Origin: Octopus sinensis
Lineage: Eukaryota
Length of the DNA stretch: 64,000 nucleotides
Direction of reading: 5' to 3'
NCBI RefSeq assembly: GCF_006345805.1
Contig: NC_043008.1
Span: 30,752,001-30,816,000, forward strand
This document shows, in pieces, positions 25,787 to 38,760 of this stretch. The position numbers and the translations under genes are program-made. Every line of letters starts with the position of its first letter. Position 1 is the first letter of the stretch. The notes under the pieces were generated by a model that was given only the letters and a program-made list of their open reading frames with translations, had not been told where the DNA came from and did not search any database.

Positions 25787-26290
25787 GTGTTATCATGCAC
25801 ATTCTTTTGTCTTGGTATAAAAGATGGGATATAGTCAATATTCTGCTCAATACCACAGATTTGCTTGTCAGTTGCTTGACCTTAACTAGTTGAGCATGTC
25901 CCTTAGTGTCGGACGATACGTGCATCTCTCATCACGAGCAGAGGTAGTGGGGGAGCATCATAGTCATGTGTTGAGAGGAATTGTCTGGGCTTTGGATAAT
26001 TCACCACTGGAATCATGGGTGTTTTGTTCATCATCCTTAACAATCCTTATTCAGGGACATTTTGAGCGAGATGGACAACTCGACCTGAAGAAAATTCTAA
26101 ACGGGTCCCCCCTGCAAGTTCATGTGCTGTTTATTTTGATACGAGACCACCATGCCGCACATACGGCTGTGATGTATGTGCTTAGTGTACCCTTATCAGA
26201 CGGATAGTCATGATGGGTATACTGGTTTTCGTATATTTTACCTCAGTGTCACTTTGATGGCATGCATTGCTCTCTCACGCAAAAGAATAA
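25787..26290 (+). mobile_element. ~500-bp non-coding interspersed repeat (family N) preceded by (TAA)n
   Basis: Clear homology to 35318-35845; no recognisable RT/EN motifs. Confidence 0.7.
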
Positions 26291-26294
26291 TATT

Positions 26295-27484
26295 AACAAA
26301 ACAAACATAGTAACAAAACAAGTATCTTATTCAGTAACAAAACAGGCAAAGGAATATCTAAGTGAATTCCAAATCCAAATCCCAGAATTAAACGTATTGG
26401 ATACAAGTACAGAAAAAGCTAAGCGTATGAAAATCCGTGCTAAAACTGCTGCCTTAGATATTCTTAGTGATAAATGGCAAGAAAAACCTCTCAATGGCAA
26501 ATGCACAAAGAGAGCTAATAATGCAGATGTTGACAAAGCATTTACCCATCAATAGTTAGTTCCTTCTGGATTAAAATCAGAGATATAAGGGTTTATCCTA
26601 CCAGCCCAAGATCAATGCCTACCTACAAGAATCTACCAGGCCAGCATCTTAAAGAACGGTAGAAGCCAAATATGTCATGTATGTAAACAACAAATGAAAC
26701 CATCGATTATATTGTCTCTATGTGCAGTCTTCTTGCTCCTACAGAGTATCTCAACGAGCATGATGGAACAGCACGATATATTCAATGGGTAATTTGCAAA
26801 GACTTGGACCTGCCCTATGATAAAAACTGGCGGGAACAAAGACCACCGCTAGTGCTTGAAAATAACCACATCTTACACCTTTGGAACTTCACCGTTCAAA
26901 CTGACAAAAGCCACGTCTCTTCACCGATATGACTGTTCTAATCTACATAAAGGAATTTGTCAAGACCTACAAAAACTGAGCAAGTTTAAAGATCTTGAAA
27001 TAGAAACTGGCAAAATATGGATCCTCAAGACTAAAACCATGCTTGTCATAGGTGCCCTATGAGTGACAGCAAAAAGGGCTGATAGCTACTTAGCTCTAAT
27101 ACCAGGAAATCCAAAAATGGCAGAAATTCAAAAAATAGTGCTGGTGTGAACTGCCCATATATCCTACGAAAGATATTGTCTAAGTAATCACAAAAATATT
27201 TTAATCCGTAAACAGCGTCAAAATATTTTTAAATGTACTTAAAAGCAAATACATTTTCTTGTCATCATAACACCAGACAGTCATCTTGTGATCAAATTAT
27301 TTTCAAAACAAACTTCTAATTTACTTACGTTTTTATAGACATTCTCAAGAACAATAGTCTGTGCAAAACAACATATATAACACCCTAGTCATAACACCAA
27401 CGTGAACTTCAAGCTTATTTTTTCAGGTGTCTGGGTGAGACTTGGAGTCAACTTGCACAAATACAAAGCAAAAGCCAAACATAT
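26295..27484 (+). mobile_element. R4/Dong family D fragment (D2)
   Basis: KWQEKPLNGK, AQDQCLPTR, CHVC, KFKDLEIE; family D 3' UTR then short TAA/TGA tail. Confidence 0.85.
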
Positions 27485-27504
27485 AATGATGATGATGATG
27501 ATGA

Positions 27505-28392
27505 TACAAGAAACATGCACAGAAAAAGCTGAGCGCATGAAAACCCGTGCTAAAACTGCTGCCTTAGATATTCTGAATGATAAATGGCAAGAAAAACCTC
27601 TCTATGGCAAATACCCAAAGAGAGCGAATAATGCAGATGTTGACAAAGCCCTGACGCAACAATGGCTAATGGACTCTGGCATAAAATCTGAAGCAGAAGG
27701 GTTTATCATAGCAGCTCAAGGTCAATGCCTACCAACAAGGAACTGCCAGGCCAACATATTAAAGAACGGCAGTAGCCCAACATGTCGTGTATGTCAACAC
27801 CAAAATGAAATCATTGATCATGTTGTCTGCAAGTGCAGTCTTGAGCGCCTACAGAGTATCTCAACAGGCATGATAGAGCTGCACAATATATTTACTGGGT
27901 AATTTGCAAAAGATAGATGCAAGTAGGCCAGACATCATATTGAAAGACTCCAGACGAAGAACATGCCTCCTCATTGATATGACTGTCCCAATCGATATAA
28001 ACGTATCTGTCAAGACCTACCAAAACTGAGCAAATATAAAGATCTTGAAATAGAAATCAGCAAAATGTGGATCCTGAAGACTAAAACAATACATGTTGTC
28101 ATAGGTGCCCTGGGAATGATAGCAAAAGGGGCTGATTGCTACTTAACTCAGATACCAGGAAACCCCAAAATGGCAGAAATTGAAAAGATAGTGCTCATGG
28201 GAACTGCTCATATCCTACGCAAAATACTTTCTATGTAATCTCAAGTTTTAAAACAAACATAATTTTCGTATGGTTTTTTTTAGACATTCACTAGTAAAAC
28301 ACTAAATAAAAAACCAAATATATGGCGCACTAGGCATAACAACAACATGAACTTCCAACTTGTTGTCTCTTAAGGTCTCTGGGTGAGACTTG
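27505..28392 (+). mobile_element. R4/Dong family D fragment (D3)
   Basis: KWQEKPLYGKYPKR, SEAEGFIIAAQGQCLPTR, CRVC..IDHVV; LMGTAHILRKILSM stop; followed by (GAA)/(GAT)n. Confidence 0.85.
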
Positions 28393-28444
28393 AAGAAGAA
28401 GAATGATGATGATGATGATGAAGATGATGATGATGATGATGATT

Positions 28445-28480
<36 letters not shown>

Positions 28481-28532
28481 GTGATGGTGGTGGTGATGGC
28501 GGTGGTGGTGATGATGATGGTGATGATGATGG

Positions 28533-28577
<45 letters not shown>
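28393..28577. repeat. (GAT/GGT)n microsatellite
   Basis: Directly visible. Confidence 0.95.
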
Positions 28578-28578
<1 letters not shown>

Positions 28579-28859
28579 ACATAGCTCAGATACCAGGAAA
28601 TCCCAAAATAGCAGAAATTCAGAAGACAGTGCTCATGAGAAACTGCCCATATTCTACGTAAAATATTGTCTATGTAATCTCAAATTTTAAAACAAACTCA
28701 TTAGTTTCTTTAAGCATTCTCTAGAGCAATGCTATGAACAAAACGAAATATATGACACCCTAGGCATAACACCAACATGAACTTCTAACTTGTTGTCTCT
28801 TGAGGTCTCTAGTTGAGACTTGGAATTAATTTGTACAAATACAAGTCAAAACATCAAAC

Positions 28860-28862
<3 letters not shown>
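28578..28862 (+). mobile_element. Short R4/Dong family D 3' fragment (D4)
   Basis: AQIPGNPK..HILRKILSM; family D 3' UTR; (TAA)n tail. Confidence 0.8.
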
Positions 28863-28937
<75 letters not shown>

Positions 28938-28956
28938 CAACAACAACAACAATAAT

Positions 28957-29305
28957 AAACCTCCGCCAAGGCAACACTAACGTCTTCACAGCAATTAGCC
29001 AGAGATGATTTTTAAAATGAGAATATCTGAAATAAACTCGACTGCTCTAACAAACGAGAATACTTAAAATGAACCCGACCGCTCTCAAAAATTAAGTGAA
29101 TTAAGTAAAACAACAATAAAAATAATCCAGAATCCGTGTCCGGTACTGGATCGATCTCAAAATCTAATCGATTCGTGACAGTCACGAGGCCAAATATCCC
29201 TGAAAGTTTCATCCTAATCAATCCAGCGGTTTTTGAGATATTTTCTCCGTGGACAAACAAACGCGACTGAAAACAATACCTCCGCCTTCGCTTAGGGCGA
29301 GGTAA
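28957..29305 (+). mobile_element. Non-autonomous Helentron/HINE (DINE-1-like) element
   Basis: 5' ACCTCCGCCAAGG and 3' ACCTCCGCC-ttcgctta-GGGCGAGGT hairpin; internal aagtttcat..aatc..tccag.gg and acaaacaaac motifs; inserted in (AAT)n. Confidence 0.6.
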
Positions 29306-29310
29306 TAATC

Positions 29311-29378
<68 letters not shown>

Positions 29379-29381
<3 letters not shown>

Positions 29382-29875
29382 GACAAAAAGATAGATGCGA
29401 ATAGGCCAGACAAAATCATGCCTTCTCATCGATATGGCTGTCCCAATTGACATAAATGTATCTGTCAAGCCCTACCAAAAACTGTGCAAGTATAAAGAAC
29501 GGGAAATAGAAATCGACAAAATGTGGAACCTCAATACTAAAGCAATACCTGTTGTCATAGCTGCCCTACGAATGATAGCAAAATGGGCTGATTGCTACCT
29601 AGCTCAGATACCAGGAAATCCCAAAATGGAAGAAATTTAAAAAATAGGGCTTACGGGAACAGCCCATATCGTACGTAAAATACTGTGTATGTAATTCCAA
29701 ATTGTAAAAGAAACTTATAATTTGTTTGTATTCTTAAACATTCTCTAGAACAATGTTTTGTGCAAGACCAATTCTATGGCACCTTAGAAATAACACCAAC
29801 TTGAACTTCTACCTTGTTGTCTTTTGAGGTCTCTGGGTGAGACTTTGTATAAACACAAAGCAAATTTCAGGCATA
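29379..29875 (+). mobile_element. R4/Dong family D 3' fragment (D5), near-duplicate of D1
   Basis: Same 5' start (aatactgacaaaaagatagatgcg) and same 3' flank as D1. Confidence 0.85.
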
Positions 29876-29985
29876 TAATAATAACAACAGTAACAGCAGC
29901 AGCAGCAGCAACAACAACAACAACAACAACAACAGCAACAACAAAAATAACAACAACAACAACAACAATAATAATAATAATAATA

Positions 29986-32900
29986 AACCACCTTGATAGA
30001 GAGGGTATCTCGATAAAAATACCGTTTGGTAATAACCTAAAAACACACCTTATTTGTTAGTGAAAACGTCAAAAAAAAATAGATGACGATAACGGTGTGA
30101 ACGGGACTGGAACCAATGGTGAAGGTGCCGCACTCGGCAGGTGCCCCACGATTCAGCTGGGTGGGCACGTTTATAATCCAGCAACTGCTAGCCAAGCTAC
30201 AAGACGTAAATGGAGTAAACAAGTAAACATGATGGTTATGGAATCTTACTACCGGAGCATCCCAGGGGATGCGAATGGCTTGTCTGTCAAAGGGTACAGA
30301 AACGAATGCACAGTGAAAGGAAGGCAATGGAACTGTTCGAAATTACTGAACAGATATTATGTGACCAAGGGAGAGCCATACAATGGATGCTTGACAGAAT
30401 TGGAGCTAGAAGCTATTAAAAGAATGATATTGGGTAATGCTGGGCATGCGAGAAACGAAAGTGGCATAATGGAAGAGATGGACAATTGTTTGCAATAATA
30501 TAATACGCTGAATTGTGAATGAATTGAGGTCAGTGACTACTCAAATAATGAAGATCGATTAATAATGCACAGAATTTGGGATCTATTAAATACTGCAGGG
30601 AGGGAATTTATGTGCGACTTTAAGATGGCTAACAATGGAGACAAAATCAAAAAACGAATAAAGTTAGTAATGTACTGAGACACATAGAAACAAAGAACAT
30701 CACACAAACTAATAATCTTATCAAGGCTGCCAGCAGGACCGTGGCGGAAAGGATGGGACTGAGAACTACTGAGAATAGAACAGTGACGGATAGAAAAGGA
30801 AATAAACAACCGTGGTTGAAAAGGAGAATTTCAGAAGACATAAACTCCTTGAACAGTGTAGTGTCAATACTTCTCAAGAAAAGAAATGGAGAATTTAAGA
30901 ATGAATGGAAATTCGAAAAAGCTAGGAAGAAGTAAAGTGTAGATACAAAAGGCTTGAATGTTGTAATTGAAGAACTGAAGCAGCGCATACATGTAAAAAT
31001 AACAAAGCTAACTAGGTCTGAATAACGGATTAAGCAATACCAGCAAAACAAATTGTTTACAACCGACCAAAAAAGATTTTACCAAGAGTTTAATGACGAT
31101 AATAAATGTAAAAGGTTAGTCCCTAATACTGGTCAAAGTCAACTTTTCTGGGGTAAGATATTGAGTAAGCAAGAACAACATAATACTGCAGCTGAATGAC
31201 TCTGCAGCCTAAAGCAAACATATTCTTACCACCAGCAAGAGGCTATCCACTTCACAAAAGACAGTAACAGAAGTATGAGTAAAACGATAAGCAATTGGAA
31301 AACAGCAGCACCTGATGGTGTTCAAGAATTTTGAATAAAATCGATCAGTAGTTACCATAAATTGATCAATGAAGAAGAGATCCTAGCCTGGTTGACAAAA
31401 GGACGAACGGTGCCTGAAGGATGCTTCAAAGGAAATTTCTGCTGACAATGACAGAGCAAATACCTGCCTCCCATTAATGTGGACATTACTGTCAGGAAGA
31501 ATTGCAGAAGAACTGTATTAATTTCTTGGTGAGAACGATACATTACCGCCAGAACAAAATGGCTGTAGAAGGAGATGCAGAAGTACCTAAGTTCAACTAT
31601 TGATAGACAAAGTGGTAATGCAAGATTGTAAACTAAGGAGAACAAATCTGAGAACGGCCTGGATTGACTGTCGGAAAGTTTATGATATGATTCCACATTC
31701 GTGATCCATTGAGTCTTTAGATCTGTTTGGAATTGCGAAGGATGTAACGTGTTTCCTGAAGAGAAGTATGGTGGGATGGAAAACTGAAATGACATCTTAC
31801 TGAAAACGTTTGGACACCCTGGGCATCAGAAGAGGGATTTTCCAGGGTATTAGCCTATTTCCATTGCTTTTTGTTCTATGCATGATACCCCTGACCTTGG
31901 TACTTAGGAAAATGAACCTGGCATGCCAACCAAAGGAAAAATCCCCAACAATCAACCACCTCCTCGTCATGGATGATTTGAAACTGTATGGCAAGGATGA
32001 GACACAATTGTTTTCCTTGGTGAACACGGTCCATCGATATTACAATGGAATTTGGATTCAAGAAGTGCGGAATAATCTTCCTTAATAGCAACAAGGTACA
32101 GTCCATAGCAGGGACTTGTACTAGAGTGCAACGAGATAATGGAAAAGGAAATGAAAGAGCAACTGAGGATGGAGCATTTCCGAAGACTGAGGTTGGTGTT
32201 TCGTTCAAAATTGACTGAAAGGAATCAAATCCAAGCAGTTCATAATACGTGGGCAATAGCATCACTCGGTATGGAGCGGGAATTATAAAATGGTAAAAGA
32301 GAGACATGAAGAAAATCGATACCAAGACCAGAAAAATGTTCACAGTACACGGGGACTTTCACTCTAACAGTGACACCGAGGGGTTGTACTTGACCAAAAG
32401 AAAGGGTGGGAGAGGTTTGATCAGTTGCCAGGACTGTATCGAAGCAAAAGAAAACAGATAAGGGTGGTATATAAAAAATGCTGTGAAGCCACTGTTGAAA
32501 CACACGAAGAAAGCCGGCAGCATCAAAACTGAAAATTTGTAACAAAAGAAAAATTCAATCTGGAAATGAACAAAAAAAAATGAAAAAGCATGAAAAGAAA
32601 AGAACATGTACGGTCAGTTTACAAGAGATGTGAACACCGAGACATGTACAAGGGGCCAGTCTCTATGAATGAGAAATAGTGATCTGAAGATAGAGGTAGA
32701 TGCACTCATATGCGCAGCTCAGGAACAAGAATTAAGGACCAATTATATGAAGTGCAGTATTGACAACATTATCGATAGCGACAAATGCAGAATGTGTGGT
32801 GAGAGGGTGAAAGGGTATGGAACATAGTTAGCGAATGCACGAAATTGGCGAATACAACGCGAATACAAACGACGCCATAACAATGTTGCAAGAACGATCC

Positions 32901-33446
32901 ATTGACAGCTCTGTAGCAATCACGTCCTACATACTGCAAAGATGTGGTATGAACAAACACCAGAACGGGTCACCAAAAATGAGAATTGCAAACTCTTGTG
33001 GGATGCAATGATCCAGTAATATCGCCCGACTAGACATTTGAAACCGGACACTGTTGTGGTGAATAAAAAAAAACGAACATGTATGATTATCGTCATAGCA
33101 TGCCCCGGTGACTACAGGATCAATGTGAAAGAAGAAAAACTAAACTGTGACGATTTGAAGTGGGAAATACGAAGGCTGTGGTCACTGAAGTAAGTAGACG
33201 TGATACCAATAGTAATGAGTACACTTAGAAGTATGAGCAATCAACTACCAATATAGCTTAAAATGATTGGTGCAAGTGTGAAGGTAGAACACCTACAGAA
33301 ATCAGCATTGCTTGGGACAGCATTGCTTGGAACTTCGCAGGGTTCTTGAAGTATGACCAGTAAACAAGTGTCACCTTTATTTGCTGGTTGTGGAGAGCTG
33401 ACACTTTCCATGAAACCCAGCAAAATAAGTTGTTAACTCACATATT

Positions 33447-33450
<4 letters not shown>
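29986..33450 (+). mobile_element. Full-length but decayed R4/Dong element, family E
   Basis: N-terminal RRKWSKQVNMMVMESYYRS; RRGIFQGISLFPLLF; VMDDLKLYG; AAQEQ; CRMCG; KPDTVVV; LQKSALLG; (TAA)n before (29965-29985) and after (33449-33540). Confidence 0.9.
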
Positions 33451-33531
<81 letters not shown>

Positions 33532-33581
33532 TAATAATAATATTTTATATAGGATTCATGTAACTCTTCACAAAGGTAAAC

Positions 33582-35245
33582 AGACAAGACGAAGAGCAAG
33601 ACGAGATTAGAACAGATATTTTAAATGCCTTCGAAAAACGGTCAAACAAAAGTATTCCATCAAATTTTCTCTGTAGATTAATTAGGTTTGTGCTTCATAG
33701 AAATACAATGACGTTTCGACTAAACTTTCACCACCAGATGAAGGTGTTGCGCCAAGGGTATACCTGTGACGGTTAATTTCGAAGAAATTCGAGATACAGT
33801 TACTGGAGACACTCATACATGGTCATGAATCAATACTCTGGTTACGGTTCACCGATGAAGTCTTTTTTTTGTCTGGAAAGGATCACAGAATAGTTTAATT
33901 GATGATTTCTTGCATTTCTGTGGCTATTATGCTTAAAACTATAAAATTTACGTCTAGCTTTTCCTTAACTTGCGTTAAACTTTTGGACACGAAAGTCAAG
34001 TTTTCTGAAGTTAGAATAGTGACATAGTTATTTTGCTAGCCCACGTCATCGCACATTTACCTCCACTGACGCTCCGATCATCCACATGATATAATTCGGT
34101 CAAATCCGAAATCCCAATTTTGGAGGTTAAAACGGATTTGCACTAGTATAGGGGCTGGCTGGAAACATGCAAATGCTTTTGTACACCATTATGTCAAACG
34201 CAGTTACAGTGAATCATGATTAAAGGAAACAGCAACTGAGATAACTAAGATTAGCGAAGAAAGTTAAATCATCACGTATAATTTTAGTAAACACAACACA
34301 ATATGTGATAGAATTCCTTCAGTGATTAACTGGCACTGAAATTTCACTGGCATTTCAGAAGTGTTGCATGAAAGTTACCAGCATGTTGCGGAAAAATATG
34401 CTCCTCTCAAACAGATATTTCCTCAGCTGCCTATTGTAGTCTTTAGATGAAATAAAAATATAAGAGAACAATTGACCTCTATTTCTGACTCCAAGACAAC
34501 TAACATTGGAGTATTTGCACGCTGTACCTTAAAAAAGAGCCGCAAGAGAAGTAATCCCTGTTCTTTGTGCAACGACAGGAGTCAAGTGAATTCCATCAGG
34601 AATCATAACAGAAATGCTATGAGTTATACAGAAGATGGAACAGCTACAGAGTCACATTTGGTGTACGCAGCAGAATGCACGAAACACAACTTCATTTATG
34701 TTGGCTGTACAACAGTACAATTAAACAAAATATTTAATGGGCATAGATATGACGTCAGACACAATAACAGTAGTCCGACAGAACATTTTGCTTCAAACAG
34801 CTGCAATTTTGAAAAAAACTTGGTCGTGCATATTCTCAGGAAATATTCTGAATTTGCTTCACTTTCGATCAAAATGCATGAGAAGAAATATGTTTGTCGG
34901 TTATTAACATCACGCCCTGAAGTAATGAATAAAATGAAAAGAGTATATCCTGAAATGTATACAAAAGTGATTAAATATTCTTCTGTTTTCTTTTTCCTTT
35001 ACTTTTTCTCCCTTTTTCTGTCTTTTTCTTTTCGCCAGTTATAAAATTGAAACTTAAAGAGTGATGATGTCATTCCATCAGCGTGGGGACGCTGACCGCT
35101 CTCGTTCATATTTTAGATTTAAATTTCTATAATTTTGAATTTTTATTACTTTTTATTTAGAACTCGACAAAGACAGGCTTGCTGTCGAAATATCGTTTAA
35201 CTAATAAAATATCTATTGCAATCGCATCACACTCTTCGTCTTGTC

Positions 35246-35246
<1 letters not shown>
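33582..35246 (+). mobile_element. Penelope-like element remnant with inverted ends
   Basis: Linker DRIPSVINW..KQIFPQLPIVVFR then GIY-YIG; termini agacaagacgaagag (33582) and ctcttcgtcttgtct (35232-35246) are reverse complements. Confidence 0.75.
34472..35044 (+). pseudogene. GIY-YIG endonuclease domain of a Penelope-like element
   Basis: PCSLC, LVYAAECTKHNFIYVGCT..LNKIFNGHRYDVR..H..EKKY..L..P.VMN; upstream frame contains stops. Confidence 0.8.
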
Positions 35247-35317
<71 letters not shown>

Positions 35318-35845
35318 GTTCTGGTCCAGTACCAGATACTGGCTCACATGGCTTCTCATTTTAACTAATTGGAAGTGTTAACATGTACATATTTCATTTT
35401 GGTATAAAAGATTGACTACTGCAAATATTCTACTTAATACCAGAGCTTTGCTTGTCAGTTGCTTGACCAGTTGACCATGTTCCTTAGTTGCAGACGATAT
35501 GTGCATCTCTGATCACAAGCAGAAGTAGTGGGGGAGCATTATAGCCATGCGTTGAGAGAAATTCTTTGAGGTTTGAATATTTCCTCCCTGGAAACATGGG
35601 TGTTTCGTTCATCATCCTTAAACTTTATTCAGGAACATTTTGAGTGGGTTGGGCTACTTGACCCGAAGGAAATTCCAACGCCACCTGCAGCGCTGCTTAT
35701 CTTAATATGGAGAAAAATGTGTCGCGCATATACGGTTGTCAAGCATGTGCCTGATGTACCCTTATCAGACGGGTAGTTACGATGGGTATATTAAGCTTCG
35801 CATATTTGCACTCCAGTGTCAGCATGCGCTGCTCTCTCACTCAAT
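35318..35845 (+). mobile_element. Family N repeat copy 2, (TAA)n on both sides
   Basis: Homologous to 25787-26290; ends gctctctcactc-aataataat. Confidence 0.7.
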
Positions 35846-35859
35846 AATAATAATAATAA

Positions 35860-35902
<43 letters not shown>

Positions 35903-36239
35903 GTGGTGGTGGTGGTTGTGGAGGAGGAGGAGAAGGGAGGAGAAGGGGAGAGGAGGGGAGGAGAGAGGAGGAAAAGAAGTGGAGGAGTGGAGGGGAGGAG
36001 GAGGAAGAGGAGGGGGAGGATGTCATTTAGATTAGATATTTAATACTTTGAAGTAACAGTAACAGAGGTTTCTAATTGAGGTATAAGGTCAGAAAACTGA
36101 GGAAAGAGTGTTACTCGATATCATCGTCTTCAATGCATGGCTGCTACTGTTTATTATCGAATATGGAGGGACACAGTCCAAAATATTATTATACAATCAC
36201 TTTTTCAGAAGATTTTTATTAGATTATTTCCGTTTAATC

Positions 36240-36480
36240 ATCATACTCCGTGAATGTAAAAATCATCCAGATCATCTCTGCTATGCTTGTGGACCTTTTA
36301 CGAAACACAAGCAGATCTACTACAGCACTCCTTATGAAAGTAGGCTGTATATATAATTTGTTCTTCATGCTCATGTGGATTACATCAGTTAGACAAAAAG
36401 AGACGGCCAATGACTTTGCCTTCCCCAGTATATGGAAAGAATAAATAAAGTTTAATATTGACTCTTATTGGCTAAACTAA
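36240..36480 (+). mobile_element. Probable Chapaev3-type (CMC) transposase N-terminal remnant
   Basis: RECKNHPDHLCYACG and W....FAFPSIWKE resemble the recalled CxNxPDxFCYxCG / FxxPxxWRE motifs; central part deleted. Confidence 0.45.
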
Positions 36481-36967
36481 TTCGATTTTCTGCTAAGAAC
36501 AAGCAAGATTGTCCAAACCTATTTTAGCACTCGGACTGCTCCAATAATGTTTCACTCAAATGTTGGCCTAGCTCCATAGATGTTACGGAGATTAAACGAA
36601 GTACAATTGCCGGCGGCACCAAATTTTCGATAGATATTCAGAATACATCCCTGAAGAAAATTTGAAGCCAAAATTATATATTGGTCTGATAAACACTGAA
36701 CACAGAGAGCGATTCCATCAACATGATTCATGAATGGAAATATTATACGAGACAGAGAATCAAAGCGTGATAACTGACTTTATAATACCCAAGATATATA
36801 AGAGGAAATAATTTTCACAATTCTTTATAAACTTATTTAATATATATATATATCCTTCAATTATACGATTATCTAATGGAGTATATAATGTAAATTTTAA
36901 AATCCATTATAACCGAACTAATCGAGTGTATGTACTGAGTGTTGGGTCAAGTAAAAAAAAATAATTT

Positions 36968-37015
36968 TAACTGCGGCCAGTTAAATAAGAACCTCAACCT
37001 TCAACCCACTCCTGT
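36968..37015 (+). repeat. Short interspersed repeat, also at 43320-43367 (minus); possibly a LINE 3' end
   Basis: actgcggcc(a/g)gttaaataag(a/g)acctcaaccttcaacccactcct shared by both loci. Confidence 0.55.
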
Positions 37016-37026
37016 GAGTGTGTGTG

Positions 37027-37065
<39 letters not shown>

Positions 37066-38217
37066 GTGTGTATTATTCAGTATATTGCAAGTACTAATAA
37101 TTTGTGAACGTCAAGACACGCAGTTTAGAAGTTAGACATAGTAGAGATTTGGAACCAGCGTCCAAAACGCATTCCAGAATATGCTAAAATATTACGGTTT
37201 ATTTCAAGAAAATTCTCGAAATCTTTGCTAGTACTAATCTAAGCCAAATAAAAGGTAATATTGCCAATTCTAAGCTGCTCGATCTTTTACAGTAACATTC
37301 TCGTATTCCCATTTGTAGTTATTTTCATTAAACATATATGTATATAGAACTATATATATATATATATATATGCATCTATATAAGTAATATATGAGTATGT
37401 ATAGGTGTACGCACAGAGACACACACACACTTGTATCATATACACATACACACGCAGACACAAACACACACACATACACACAGCCACACTCACATACACA
37501 TGTACGTTGTATAAATGAAGGATACAAAATTCAAAGTTAATAAGTGCCGGGAGTAAAATTTTCTAACGTTGCGTCACTTTTGTAGCTTTTCAAATAAAAA
37601 TTGTAAATACTGATGTAGTAAGCTTTCTTTCTTCAATTTGTTCTACTAAAAATTCTCTATGTGTGTGTGTGAGTGTGTGTGGGTGGGTGGGTGTGGATGG
37701 GTGGGTGTGGATGGGTGGGTGTGCGCGTGTGCGCGTGTGTGTACGTGCGAGGAAAGAAATGTTATATGAAAATTCTCTGTTCGTTTATTGTGTTTATGTT
37801 ATGTTTCTATGTTTTGCCTGCTTTTCTTCATTGTATCCATACCAGTATAGTCATATCCTTTCACCTGTTTAATCAGTGTTAAAATAAATGTCAGCAGATG
37901 CAAAACATCGGCAATCTGGTAGGTTACACTGGCAGTACGCATACTAAGGGCAGATTCTACCTGAACAGACACTCTTAACAGAATATAGCATACAACTTCC
38001 AAAAAGAAACACCTACCATCATCACCTCTAAAGTGCAACAATAATATTAAAAACATATGTGCGCGCAAAAAGCAGATGTTATATACAGGTAAGCGAAAAT
38101 AAAAAATTAAAACAAATACAATGAAAACAAAACTGTAATATGACAATGCGTATGTTGACACACCGCCCAAAATGTATATATACATATATATACACATTCA
38201 CACAAACATGCACATAG

Positions 38218-38312
<95 letters not shown>

Positions 38313-38404
38313 TGTATATATACAGATATTTGTATAAATATATACATAGGAACATACACACCCATAGATATGTGTGTATAAATACATGCATGTATATATA
38401 TATA

Positions 38405-38760
38405 TATAAAGGTTGCTACCGTCGGTTACGTCTAATTAACCACCTGCTGTACTAATAACTGAGTGACACAGCTAAAGAGTATTCCACAAACATACGCACT
38501 ATTAACGTAATTCTCAAATAAAATCGGCGCACAGAACAGTGTGACAAGGCAGGACGTTTGAATTAGAGACAGTCAATCCGGTGGGTTTCCATTTCTTTTC
38601 CGCTTACGCTGTTTCACTCACGAGATTTGTGGCGACACCAACACATGGTAAAGGACACTTGCACTAAAATACAACTAAACGTGATCGCACCTGTGATCTA
38701 ATGGTTGTGAAGCAAACTTCTTCGTTACCCAACTATTTCTTCGGTGCCCCGGCATGGCCT
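38405..38760. mobile_element. Decayed SINE-like fragments (family V plus composite head)
   Basis: Partial similarity to 62035-62215 and to the composite SINE head. Confidence 0.4.
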
